DNA of 64,000 nucleotides from Haplodiscus bocki (lineage: Eukaryota), in NCBI GenBank assembly GCA_965655095.1, contig OZ296655.1, positions 35,340,001-35,404,000 on the forward strand, given 5' to 3'. Below are positions 13,501 to 25,182 of this stretch, piece after piece. The notes beneath the pieces are model-generated. The model was not told the origin of the DNA and ran no database searches. It saw nothing but the letters and a program-made list of their open reading frames with translations. The translations under genes and the position numbers were made by a program. Numbering within the stretch: position 1 is the stretch's first letter; each line of letters begins with the position of its first letter.

Positions 13501-16500
13501 GTTTCACGCAGAAGAATCACATTACAGATCAGAAACGATCGATGACACAAAGTTGAGAGTACAAAAACCAAATGTTCTCTATTGAAGCAAATCGGACACA
13601 AAATTGACCATCAGCAAGAGACAACCTGACGAGCTTATCACAAACGTGAAAGCATATGCATCACTTACAGGAAGTCGTACTGAGACAAGAGCAGAACTTG
13701 ACGAATTTTCTACACAACTCTGCAAAACGACCGCCACATGCTCGATAAGATTGGATCAATTTATTATTGCTGGAAATTTAACAATTGCCAAAGCGCAAAA
13801 AATGCAGACAATTCAGTCCAAATCGTCAAAACTCAATTAGTTTGCAGTAGGAATTCGAGACCTGGAGCGAAAATTAAACATTTGCACTCATATTGTTTGA
13901 AAAAAAGTAATGATTTTAATTGCCAGCAAAATTAATTTCATAAGACAGGAAATGTTCTGACCTGGTGGCTGTTTAGCCTCTATCGAGTAGCTCTTTCCTT
14001 GGACGACTGTAGTCAATCTAAGAAATCTGTATTGTACATTTCTGATCCCGGTTTGTTTTAATTGCAGCAATTATTTCTGATAATTACAACCAAACGAAAT
14101 TTATAAAAACTCGTTAATTATATCATTGATAGTAAGTCCAAACAACTGGTCCAAAAATGTTTCAAAAGATTGAAGGTGAATTTTGCATTGCGCCGAAAAT
14201 TTAAAGCACCTAAGAACTACATTTCTCGATGATTAAATAAAAACAATTCGGGCTTCGGAGTAGTCTGGAATTCTTCGGAACTTTGAAAAGCAATTTTTCA
14301 GCGCAATGAATACCCACTAAGAGTGAAAAGTCAAAGAAAGCTAAAGCACGGTTCCGAGTCCAACGATCAAAGATTGGAGCCCGAGCGTCCTTTACATGCT
14401 CGTCAATGATGTAAAAGACTTCCGTGTTCACTTTCGGAGAAAACACAAGGAACAGCATCTAAGAAAAAATATCTAAAAGTCAATCGCGGACAATTGTTTA
14501 GTCCCAAGCAATGGAATAGCATCGAATACCGTAAATAAAATTTCAAATCCAGAAAGAGATATGAAAACTCATTCGAAAAAATATAATGATCAAATGATTA
14601 AAATTTTGAGCATCATGAAATTATAATTAAAGCAACCACGAAGTTTGTAGTCAACTTCAGACGCGAGGCTCGGAAATCGGATCTGTACTGTAATGCCTGG
14701 CACGCTACGCCATTCAGGAATAGGTTCCAATTCTTTCAGTTCTACCAGGGGTTGCTACATATAGGGTAGTGGGTCATAACAATCAGTGCTCAAAAAAAGA
14801 AAATTGAGCGCCCGGCCTATTCGTTGCTATAAACTTAATAAAGTTCCGGCGATGATGTCTACAATGAAAGGGAAAAAACACTCAAAAGCAGAAGCAATGT
14901 GCTTCGAACAGAAGTCAACAAATGCAACAAAAGGATCTGTCCGTGGTTGACGGGGATTCAGCTGTGTTGTGAAATGTGCTCAAGGTACATCCATGGAGTT
15001 TGTCTAGGCGTGGACGAAGCTGTGACCAACATGCTGGTAAATCTTCTCGGATGTTTCTGGTAAGGTCATGTTTGGAGAGATTAGAATAAAGAACTGTAAT
15101 TCCCACTATAAGCTCAAAAGCTCAGTGAAATTGTCACTCATTTGAAATTCCTTGTTACTTTGATACCTCCACAGAAAACCTATTATTGAGAAAATTATAA
15201 TTTAAAAAAATACATTATTTATTACAGATATATATCCATAATCTATTTCTCAACCTGGAGGGGGCCTATTCTGTTCTTGTTGGCAGATACTGGTAGTGGA
15301 TGCATTGCTCCGTATTTCTAAAATCTTCAGTAAAGTCTTGTCTTCCTCATCAATATTCTCGCTTATCGGTTCATACTCCTGTATAATTCAAAGGTGGTTG
15401 GTTTCCGTTCAATACTGTCAACGGCTTCCAATAGCGTCATTCCGGTGCCTCCCGAAACGGTTGCCCCAAATCTCAGTAGCGGCATGACAAAGTTGTACAA
15501 AAATCTCAGCTCAGATCTACAGTTTAGCTTCCATAGTCGATTGATGGCAAAGATTTCAGAGTTTGCCTCCGTGATCATGCGTCTCATATGTGGTTCTAGT
15601 TGTTGAATGAGTGACGATTTTCACAAGTCATACGCAAGTATACCTGAAAACTCTACGGCCGCACCAAACATTGCAAAACTTTTGTCATTCGGAACCTTCA
15701 ATAATCGAAGACTAACAGATAATGTGAATAAAAACTATCTCGTGGATGACGCCCAAGCCTACAACATTGATATGTTGTATTCAAGAAACAAAAATCAGCA
15801 AACAGCAAGATATCATTGTTGAGAGTCATTATCGTGTTATTTGTATGAATCTCATTTAGGACTGTATGACAATGGTTTCCTCTTAGGAGCCAAACAAGAA
15901 GCGAATGCCTTTCGTTTCTAGCGCGTATCAACGAATTTGTGTACTACAGTTTCAGGCAGAAGAATTACATTACAGATCAGAAACGATCGATGACACAAAG
16001 TTGAGAGTTCAAAAACCAAATGTTCTCTATTGAAGCAAATCGGACACAAAATTGACCATCAGCAAGAGACAACCTGACGAGCTTATCACAAAAGTGAAAG
16101 CATATGCATCACTTACAGGAAGTCGTACTGAGACAAGAGCAGAACTTGACGAATTTTGTACACAACTCTGCAAAACGACCGCCACATGCTCGATAAGATT
16201 GGCTCAATTTCTTATTGCTGGAAATTTAACAATTGCCAAAGCGCAAAAATGCAGACAATTCAGACCAAATCGATTCAGATAAACTTAATAAAGTTTCGGC
16301 GATGATGTCTACAATGAAAGTGAAACACTCAAAAGCATAAGCAGTCTGCTTCGAACAGAAGTCAACAAATGCAATTAAAAGTTGTCTGTCCGTGGTTGAC
16401 GGGGATGCAGCTGTGTTGAAATGTGCTCAAGGTACATCCACGCAGCTTGCCTAGGCGTGGACGAAGCTGTGACCAACATGCTGGTAAATCTTTTCGGATG

Positions 16501-19500
16501 TTTCTGGTAATGTCATGTTTGGAAAGATTAGAATAAAGAACTGTAATTCCCACTATAGGCTCAGTGAAAATGTCACTCATTTGAAATTCCTTGTTACTTT
16601 GATACCTCCACAGAAAACCTATTATTGAGAAAATTATAATTTAAAAAAATACATTATTTATTACAGATATATATCCATAATCTATTTCTCAACCTGGAGA
16701 GGGCCTATTCTGTTCTTGTTGGCAGATACTGGTAGTGGAAGCATTGCTCCGTATTTCTAAAATCTTCAGTAAAGTCTTGTCTTCCTCATCAATATTCTCG
16801 CTTATCGGTTCATACTCCTGTATAATTCAAAGGTGGTTGGTTTCCGTTCAATACTGTCAACGGCTTCCAATAGCGTGATTCCGGTGCCTCCCGAAACGGT
16901 TGCCCCAAATCTCAGTAGCGGCATGACAAAGTTGTACAAAAATCTCAGCTCAGATCTACAGTTTAGCTTCCATAGTCGATTGATGGCAAAGATTTCAGAG
17001 TTTGCCTCCGTGATCATGCGTCTCATATGTGGTTCTAGTTGTTGAATGAGTGACGATTTTCACAAGTCATACGCAAGTATACCTGAAAACTCTACGGCCG
17101 CACCAAACATTGCAAAACTTTTGTCATTCGGAACCTTCAATAAGCGAAGACTAACAGATAATGTGAATAAAAACTATCTCGTGGATGACGCCCAAGCCTA
17201 CAACATTGATATGTTGTATTCAAGAAACAAAAATCAGCAAACAGCAAGATATCATTGTTGAGAGTATTATCGTGTTATTTGTATGAATCTCATTTAGGAC
17301 TGTATGACAATGGTTTCCTCTTAGGAGCCAAACAAGAAGCGAATGCCTTTCGTTTCTAGCGCGTATCAACGATTTTGTGTACTACAGTTTCAGGCAGAAG
17401 AATCACATTACAGATCAGAAACGATCGATGACACAAAGTTGAGAGTTCAAAAACCAAATGTTCTCTATTGAAGGAAATCGGACACAAAATTGACCATCAG
17501 CAAGAGACAACCTGACGAGCTTATCACAAAAGTGAAAGCATATGCATCACTTACAGGAAGTCGTACTGAGACAAGAGCAGAACTTGACGAATTTTGTACA
17601 CAACTCTGCAAAACGACCGCCACATGCTCGATAAGATTGGCTCAATTTCTTATTGCTGGAAATTTAACAATTGCCAAAGCGCAAAAATGCAGACAATTCA
17701 GACCAAATCGATTCAGATAAACTTAATAAAGTTTCGGCGATGATGTCTACAATGAAAGTGAAACACTCAAAAGCATAAGCAGTGTGCTTCGAACAGAAGT
17801 CAACAAATGCAATTAAAAGTTGTCTGTCCGTTGTTGACGGGGATGCAGCTGTGTTGAAATGTGCTCAAGGTACAACCACGCAGCTTGCCTAGGCGTGGAC
17901 GAAGCTGTGACCAACATGCTGGTAAATCTTTTCGGATGTTTCTGGTAATGTCATGTTTGGAGAGATTAGAATAAAGAACTGTAATTCCCACTATAGGCTC
18001 AGTGAAAATGTCACTCATTTGAAATTCCTTGTTACTTTGATACCTCCACAGAAAACCTAGTATTGAGAAAATTATAATTAAAAAAATACATTATTTATTA
18101 CAGATATATATCCATAATCTATTTCTCAACCTGGAGGGGGCCTATTCTGTTCTTGTTGGCAGATACTGGTAGTGGAAGCATTGCTCCGTATTTCTAAAAT
18201 CTTCAGTAAAGTCTTGTCTTCCTCATCAATATTCTCGCTTATCGGTTCATACTCCTGTATAATTCAAAGGCGGTTGGTTTCCGTTCAATACTGTCAACGG
18301 CTTCCAATAGAGTGATTCCGGTGCCTCCCGAAACGGTTGCCCCAAATCTCAGTAGCGGCATGACAAAGTTGTACAAAAATCTCAGCTCAGATCTACAGTT
18401 TAGCTTCCGCAGTCGATTGATGGCAAAGATTTCAGAGTTTGCCTTCGTGATCATGCGTCTCATATGTGGTTCTAGTTGTTGAATGAGTGACGATTTTCAC
18501 AAGTCATACGCAAGTATACCTGAAAACTCTACGGCCGCACCAAACATTGCAAAACTTTTGTCATTCGGAACCTTCAATGTTCGAAGACTAACAGATAATG
18601 TGAATAAAAACTATCTCGTGGATGACGCCCAAGCCTACAACATTGATATGTTGTATTCAAGAAACAAAAATCAGCAAACAGCAAGATATCATTGTTGAGA
18701 GTATTATCGTGTTATTTGTATGAATCTCATTTAGGACTGTATGACAATGGTTTCCTCTTAGGAGCCAAACAAGAAGCGAATGCCTTTCGTTTCTAGCGCG
18801 TATCAACGAATTTGTGTATTACAGTTTCAGGCAAAAGAATCACATTACAGATCAGAAACGATCGAAGACACAAAGTTGAGAGTTCAAAAACCAAATGTTC
18901 TCTATTGAAGGAAATCGGACACAAAATTGACCATCCGCAAGAGACAACCTGACGAGCTTATCACAAAAGTGAAAGCATATGCATCACTTACAGGAAGTCG
19001 TACTGAGACAAGAGCAGAACTTGACGAATTTTGTACACAACTCTGCAAAACGACCGCCACATGCTCGATAAGATTGGATCAATTTATTATTGCTGGAAAT
19101 TTAACAATTGCCAAAGCGCAAAAAATGCAGACAATTCAGTCCAAATCGTCAAAACTCAATTAGTTTGCACTAGGAATTCGAGACCTGGAGCGAAAATTAA
19201 ACATTTGCACTCATATTGTTTGAAAAAAAGTAATGATTTTAATTGCCAGCAAAATTAATTTCATAAGACAGGAAATGTTCTGACCTGGTGGCTGTTTAGC
19301 CTCTATCGAGTAGCTCTTTCCTTGGACGACTGTAGTCAATCTAAGAAATCTGTATTGTACATTTCTGATCCCGGTTTGTTTTAATTGCAGCAATTATTTC
19401 TGATAATTACAACCAAACGAAATTTATAAAAACTCGTTAATTATATCATTGATAGTAAGTCCAAACAACTGGTCCAAAAATGTTTCAAAAGATTGAAGGT

Positions 19501-20139
19501 GAATTTTGCATTGCGCCGAAAATTTAAAGCACCTAAGAACTACATTTCTCGATGATTAAATAAAAACAATTCGGGCTTCGGAGTAGTCTGGAATTCTTCG
19601 GCACTTTGAAAAGCAATTTTTCGGCGCAATCAATACCCACTAAGAGTGAAAAGTCAAAGAAAGCTAAAGCACGGCTCCGAGTCCAACGATCAAAGATTGG
19701 AGCCCGAGCGTCCTTTACATGTTCGTCAATGATGTAAAAGACTTCCGTATTCACTTTCGGAGAAAACACAAGGAACAGCATCTAAAAAAAAATATCTAGA
19801 AGTCAATCGCGGACAATTGTTTAGTCCCAAGCAATGGAATAGCATCAAATACCGTAAATAAAATTTCAAATTCAGAAAGAGATATGAAAACTCAATCGAA
19901 AAAATATAATGATCAACAGATTAAAATTTTGAGCATCATGAAATTATAATTAAAGCAACCACTAAGTTTGTAGTCAACCTCAGACGCGAAGCTCGGAAAT
20001 CGGATCTGTACTGTAATGCCTGGCACGCTAGGCCATTCAGGAATAGGTTCGAATTCTTCCAGCTCTACCAGGCGTTGCTACATATAGGGTAGTGCGTCAT
20101 ATAAATCAGTGCTCAAAAAAATATAAAATTGAGCGCCCG

Positions 20140-20168
20140 GCCTATTCGTTGCGATAAACTTATTAAAG
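20140..20168 (+). other. Degenerate leader relic before the PHD ORF (further copies 3124-3152, 9916-9944, 12367-12395, 14815-14843; 3' half retained in short units)
   Basis: GCCTATTCGTTGCGATAAACTTATTAAAG differs from the reconstructed 31-mer by 3 substitutions and a 2-nt gap. The ATG follows after a short 7-8 nt spacer. Confidence 0.6.
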
Positions 20169-20176
20169 TTCCGGCG

Positions 20177-20410
20177 ATGATATCTACAATGAAAGTGAAA
20201 AGACACTCAAAAGCAGAAGCAGTGTGTTTCGAACAGAAGTCAACAAATGCAACTAAATATTTTCTGTCCGTGGTTGACGGGGAATCAGCTGTGTTGTGAA
20301 ATGTGCTCAAGGTACATCCACGGAGTTTGCCTAGACGTGGAGGAAGCTGTGACCAACATGCTGGTAAATCTTTTCGGATGTTTCTGGTAATGTCATGTTT
20401 GGAGAGATTA
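20177..20410 (+). pseudogene. Decayed PHD-finger ORF N-terminus, probably the 5' end of a PHD-type LINE ORF1 (one copy per array A unit, first at ~3160-3390)
   Basis: Across frameshifts it reads NKCN/KCF...CEMCSRYIHGVCLDVEEAVTNMLVNLFGCFW*CHVW, matching the C4-H-C3 PHD spacing CxxC...CxxCx4HxxC...WxCxxC with the last Cys lost. It is comparable to the PHD at 25338-25485. Confidence 0.7.
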
Positions 20411-20672
20411 GAATAAAGAACTGTAATTCCCACTATCAGCTCAAAAGCTCAGTGAAATTGTCACTCATTTGAAATTCCTTCTTACTTTGATACCTCCAAA
20501 AAAACTTATTATTGATAAAATTATAATTTCAAAAAAATACATTATTTATTACAGGTATATATCCATAATCTATTGCTCAACCTGGAGGGGGCCTATTCTG
20601 TTCTTGTTGGCAGATACTGGTAGTGGATGCATTGCTCCGTATTTCTAAATACTTCAGTAAAGTCTTGTCTTC

Positions 20673-20678
20673 CTCAGC
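20673..20678 (+). other. Left copy of putative target-site duplication CTCAGC (right copy 27867-27872)
   Basis: Uninterrupted units read TCTTCCTCAGCAATATTCTC. The left junction is TCTTCCTCAGC|CTAATT and the right junction is GTCT|CTCAGCAATATTCTC. Confidence 0.7.
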
Positions 20679-20718
20679 CTAATTGTTGCCTTTTTGTTGT
20701 GATAAACTTATTAAATAG
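20677..20718 (+). other. Candidate spliced-leader-derived sequence at the 5' end of the LINE insertion
   Basis: Reads GCCTAATTGTT + GCCTTTTTGTTGTGATAAACTTATTAAATAG. It is homologous to the motif before the PHD ORF in array A, although flanking sequences are unrelated, and it ends in AG. The spliced-leader identity is inferred. Confidence 0.6.
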
Positions 20719-21059
20719 TTTGAGATATTAGGTGTGAGCTGACCGTGGAGTCACTGGAGTGGATGTGGACATCACTTCTCGGCTAATCAATTACAATAGA
20801 TATCGGTAGAGAGCAGAGCTACCGATATCGCGGAGTATCCAAGCGCATATACGCCAGTCATCACCTTGGATCCGACGATATCCATCTCAGCGAGCAAGGT
20901 CTAGTGGGTCTCCGCAGCATCCTCAAAAACAACATTCTCTACGAGAACTACAGCACGGACATCCACAACGCCGGCCACATCCAACGCCGAGTGCTCGTCA
21001 ACAAGTGCAAGTGCGGCCTCTACTCAGCCTAAACCAGGTTAGAATTTCCCCAGCTTCCA

Positions 21060-21472
21060 CAGGCACCCTCCGAGGTCCTCTGAAGCTGCCTCTTTCCTTG
21101 TATCTAGTGTTCCTTGCTTACCTCGCTCCAGGTACCTCACGAGTTTCCGAGATTTTTCCCTTCTCAGCCAAACCAAACATCATTTTATCCTACCGTCTCC
21201 GCCAACAATTTTCTCCTGGGCACCTTCCGGGCTCCTCCTGAGAAATCTCTTCCACTTTCTCCTGGGCACCCTCCGGGGTCCTCCTAAGGAATCTCTTCTG
21301 CTTTCTCCTGGGCACCCTCCGGGGTCTTCCTGAGTACTCTCTTCCGCTAACTCTTTGCCACCCTCTTCGCCAAAAAATTTCTCCTGGGCACCCTCCGGGG
21401 TCCTTCTGAGAATTCTCTTCTGTTATCTATCGGGAACATCTCGTGGGCACCCCCCGGGGTCTTCCTAAGAGC
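21060..21472 (+). repeat. GC-rich ~46-bp monomer repeats in the LINE-a 5' UTR
   Basis: TTCTCCTGGGCACCCTCCGGGGTCCTCCTGAG-like copies start at 21211, 21257 and 21303 (period 46), 21379 and ~21438, with a degenerate copy at ~21060. Confidence 0.9.
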
Positions 21473-21567
21473 ATAAGATCCCCGCCTCACAATGACATCT
21501 AGAACTTGTCTCCCCTCAGACAAGAACTATTATCAACTATTATCATACCATCGCAGAGCTTCTCACA

Positions 21568-22353
21568 GTGGAGCCAGTAGAACTGAGCAGCTTCACCGGC
21601 AGGTCCAACAAAGCTACATTAGAATGCCTCCTCAGAGAGGCTCTATCCCAGCTTGCCGATGCCAAAGCGCAAAACAACGGACTCGTCCAAAGACTTGCCT
21701 CCAACGAAAGCAAGTTCGAGGAAATCAAAGAAGTGGTCATAAACAAATTAGAATCAGCAATGCCAGTTCAAGCCTCAGGTCCCTCTGCGCAATACCAAGC
21801 TCAAAAAGAGCCTGCTTTACCCCAGCAAAAAGCGGTCTCTCAAAGCATTCTGTGCCAAATAAGAATCGATGGATTTCCCGAGGCCACCACATCCTCTCCG
21901 GAGAACCCAGATAACACTACCAGCATCGTCAACCAGGAATCAGCGAAAGTCAAAGAGGTTCTCGACTTCTTAGATGAAAGACCAACCATTGTCGATGCGC
22001 GACGCCTCGGAAAATTCAAACCATCATTCAAAGAGAAACGCACCCGGCCCCGGTCAACCTTGCTAACCGTGGCAAACGTCTGGGAGGCAAAACAAATCCT
22101 GGTGAAAGCTTCACTACTCCGAGGCTTCACCAAATCTAAAGCCTTCCTCTCCCCCAGTCTCTCTCAAGAAGACATCATCAAAGAACGCAAAGTCCTCAAA
22201 AAGCGTCGAGAGCTGATAAACTCAGGCGTTCAGGCCAAATCGCTTAAAATCAAAAACTTTCAACTGTTTCTAGACAACGTCCTGGTCGATGACCTTACAT
22301 GCGAAGACGAGAAGAGGCCTCCTTATGGAGGCAGTGCTGCTTCCTCTGCCTAA
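21568..22353 (+). CDS. LINE-a ORF1 (coiled coil plus RRM/CTD-like nucleic-acid chaperone)
   Basis: Motifs QIRIDGFPE, IVDARRLGKF..RPRSTLLTV and FLSPSLSQEDIIKERKVLKKRRELINSG..LKIKNFQLFLDN. The frame is open from 21496; the likely ATG at 21492 is one base out of frame. Confidence 0.85.
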   Translation: MEPVELSSFTGRSNKATLECLLREALSQLADAKAQNNGLVQRLASNESKFEEIKEVVINKLESAMPVQASGPSAQYQAQKEPALPQQKAVSQSILCQIRIDGFPEATTSSPENPDNTTSIVNQESAKVKEVLDFLDERPTIVDARRLGKFKPSFKEKRTRPRSTLLTVANVWEAKQILVKASLLRGFTKSKAFLSPSLSQEDIIKERKVLKKRRELINSGVQAKSLKIKNFQLFLDNVLVDDLTCEDEKRPPYGGSAASSA

Positions 22354-25175
22354 CTATACCAGTCACTTTCTATTCTCTCTTACAACGTTCGAAGCCTCAT
22401 ATCTCAGCAAAGAAGAACCTGCATTGCAAACTTCATCACAGCCAACCCCTTCGACATCCTATGCCTCTGCGAAACCTGGCTTGACAGCAGTTTCAGAGAC
22501 ACTGAACTCTTCCTCCCCAAGTACAACTGCCTACGTTCTGAAGGAGATGCATCCCAGCACGGTGGGGTGCTCACGGTTGTCAGAAGCTCTATCAGCCATG
22601 AAATAATCCCGCTCTCTCTACCCGCTGGCTGCTGCTGTGTTGCCACCACTATCCAATCAAACAAGCCTTTTGTAATTGTTAACGCTTACAACCCACCATC
22701 AGGCAGCAACTACAGATGGCAACTATCCATTTTCGAGTCCATTCTGTGCCAAGTAAAATCATCAACCTCCAAACTTCAAGTTATTCTAACAGGAGACCTC
22801 AACCTGTCAGGGATAAACTGGGAGGACAACTCGACAAACTCGGACTACGAACTAAAATGCATTGACTTCTTCATGGAGCACAATCTGCATCAACTGAATC
22901 ATTCCATCACGACCGCTTCCAAAACTCTGGATCTCTGCCTCACAGATAACTCCGATCTAGTCATATCCTCTCTAGCGATGGACGACGCATATCTAAACAA
23001 CTCGCCACTCTCAGACTACCACCCTGTCTCCATCAAACTAAATGTCAGTGCCTTAGCACCCTTCAAAGGGTTTCCAAGTCCTTCAATTTCAACAAAATTG
23101 ATCACGACGGGCTCAACAGGGCTGCTCTCGATTCCCAATTCCGGCCGTACTGCTGGACAAACCCCGCGCTTCTCCTAGCCCTCTGGCATGAATGGCTCAA
23201 ACCTCTGCTTAACAAGTTCTTACCTCTGAAATCTGTGCATCGCTCTCGACTACCACCCTGGATCTCGCCAGAGACTTCTTACCTGATGAAGAAACTCATC
23301 ACGCTCGAAAGCAATCCAAAACTCAACACATCGTACCAAACCAAACTGCTCTCACTCAAAGAAAGAGTATATTCCAGCGCCGATGATGACCTGTGTACTT
23401 ACCAGGCACGTCTTTCCGAGAGCCGAAACTCCAAACACATCTTCAAACATTTGAAGAATCTTAAGAAGGGGGCCCACCTCCCTCCCGTTCTCAAAAACGG
23501 TGCCGACTCTGCACATAGCACTCTCGAGAAAGCCCACTTGCTAAATCAATACTTTCATTCAGTATTCAATACCAAATCCTCCGAGCCAGCCTTACCTCCT
23601 GAAGCATTCGACTATCACCCCGACAGTTCATTCGACACCTCAGTCAGCAAAGTCACCTTGATCCTATCAAATCTCGACACTCCGAAAGCCACGGGGGCTG
23701 ACGGCTTACCGCCACGCCTTCTCAAAACCTGCTGAACCGGCATAGCAAAAACCCTATTCAATATTTTCACCAAATCCAAACAAATGGGCAAATTCCCTTC
23801 CCAGAGGAAAATTGCACGCATCAAACCTCTGTTTAAAAACGGAGCAAAAGACTCAGTCTCCAATTACAGGCCAGTTGCCCTACTTCCCTGCGCAAGCAAA
23901 GTCTTGGAAAAATGTATCTACACCAAAGTCTGGGAAATCATCTCCCCTACCCGCTCTGAAGCCCAATATGGATTCAGAAAAGGGCGCTCCTGTATAATCC
24001 AACTACTAGCCTCGCTCAACATTATCTTCAACAGCAAAGATCAGAAGTTAACAACCCACGCGCTCTATCTTGACCTCCGCAAAGCTTTCGACAAAGTCGA
24101 CCACTCAATTCTGCTAAGGAAACTTTATGCAAAGGGAATTCGAGGAAAACTTCTTCTACTCATCCAGGACTACCTAACAAACAGAAAACAGCACGTCGAC
24201 GTCGATGGTAGTGTGTCCGGTAATCTAGATGTAACCAGCGGAGTCCCACAGTGGGCTCTTCTTACAGTACTCTTCTTTCTGGTTTACATCGACGATCTGC
24301 CCGAACTGATCAAGTTAGTCCACGCGACTATATTCATGTTAGTCGACGATGGGAAATTAAAAGCGTCAAACTCACAACTCTTCAATGCCCTCCCAGTCCT
24401 CTTAAAGTGGGCCTCGACCAACAAAATGTGCTTCCACCCCTCCAAAAGTAAAGTAATCTGCTTCCACGGTCCTCCTCCAGAGTACACGTTCTGCAATGTG
24501 AAACTCGAAGTCGTAGACTCCCACCGCGACCTGGGACTCCTCGTCAACAGCAGTCTCACCTGGTCCGATCATATCTCACTCCGCCTAGGAAAAGCTTATG
24601 GAGCTTTCTACCTTCTGAAACGAAATGTCTCTCCCAACCTCAGCACCTCCTCTAAGCTAAATCTCTACAAAAGCACAGTCCTATCTGTTCTCTGCTTTGC
24701 ATCTTCCTGTTGGTTCCCCTCTCGCTGGGACATGAAGAAAACTGTGCAACTCCAGAAAAGAGTAACAAACTGGATCATCCCATCTATCAAGGATTACAAA
24801 GACCGCCTCATAAAGCTCGACTTACTCCCAGTCCCTCTATACCTACAAATGCTTGATATCCTCCTAATTTTAAACATCTGCCACGGACAGTATGACTTCA
24901 ACCTCGAAGGTTTTCTATCCCTCGAACAAGGACCTAGAAGAGAAGATCGCATCATCCCAGTCGTCCAAACTACCAAATTTGAAAATGCTCAACAAGAATT
25001 CTTCACAAGAACCTGCCGCCTCATCAGATTCCTCCCCTGTTTGGATATCACCAAAACATTTGGGTTGAAACCCAAAATTCTCCGCAACTTCTGGAACTTC
25101 TTTGAAACAAAGTATAATCAAAACAACCTGCGCACCTGGCGAATAGCTTGCAGATGCCCTCAATGCACTGCATAA
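22354..25175 (+). pseudogene. LINE-a ORF2 (APE endonuclease plus reverse transcriptase), with one frameshift and one nonsense codon
   Basis: Endonuclease motifs: SYNVRSL, LCETWL, YNPPSG, GDLNL, TLDL, SDYHP. Frameshift at ~23060-23075 and in-frame TGA at 23733-23735. RT motifs: NYRPVALL, QYGFRKGRS, DLRKAFDKVDH, SGVPQW, LVDD, DLG. C-terminus NFWNFF..RTWRIACRCPQC. Confidence 0.95.
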
Positions 25176-25182
25176 ACTGCCC

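Larger units (their letters stand above)
2083..20678. repeat. Macrosatellite array A, main part (units of ~2448 bp and ~1437-1451 bp; order L S S S L L L S S L)
   Basis: The anchor ATGAGTGACGATTTTC occurs at 3914, 5365, 6813, 8262, 10711, 13159, 15607, 17046, 18483 and 28128. Spacings are 1451, 1448, 1449, 2449, 2448, 2448, 1439, 1437, then 9645 (a long unit plus the ~7.19 kb insertion). Confidence 0.97.

Noticed and set aside
2197-19781. Repeated minus-strand ORFs in array A (MRRMITKAN.., MLFLVFSPK.., MIRARNER..)
   Set aside because: They are short and motif-free, and either lie antisense to retroelement remnants or depend on non-ATG starts.
23784-25175. The 463-aa ORF as an active or domesticated standalone RT gene
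   Set aside because: It is the distal part of ORF2 after a nonsense codon, with altered motifs (GVPQW, LVDD), and sits in an ordinary LINE context.
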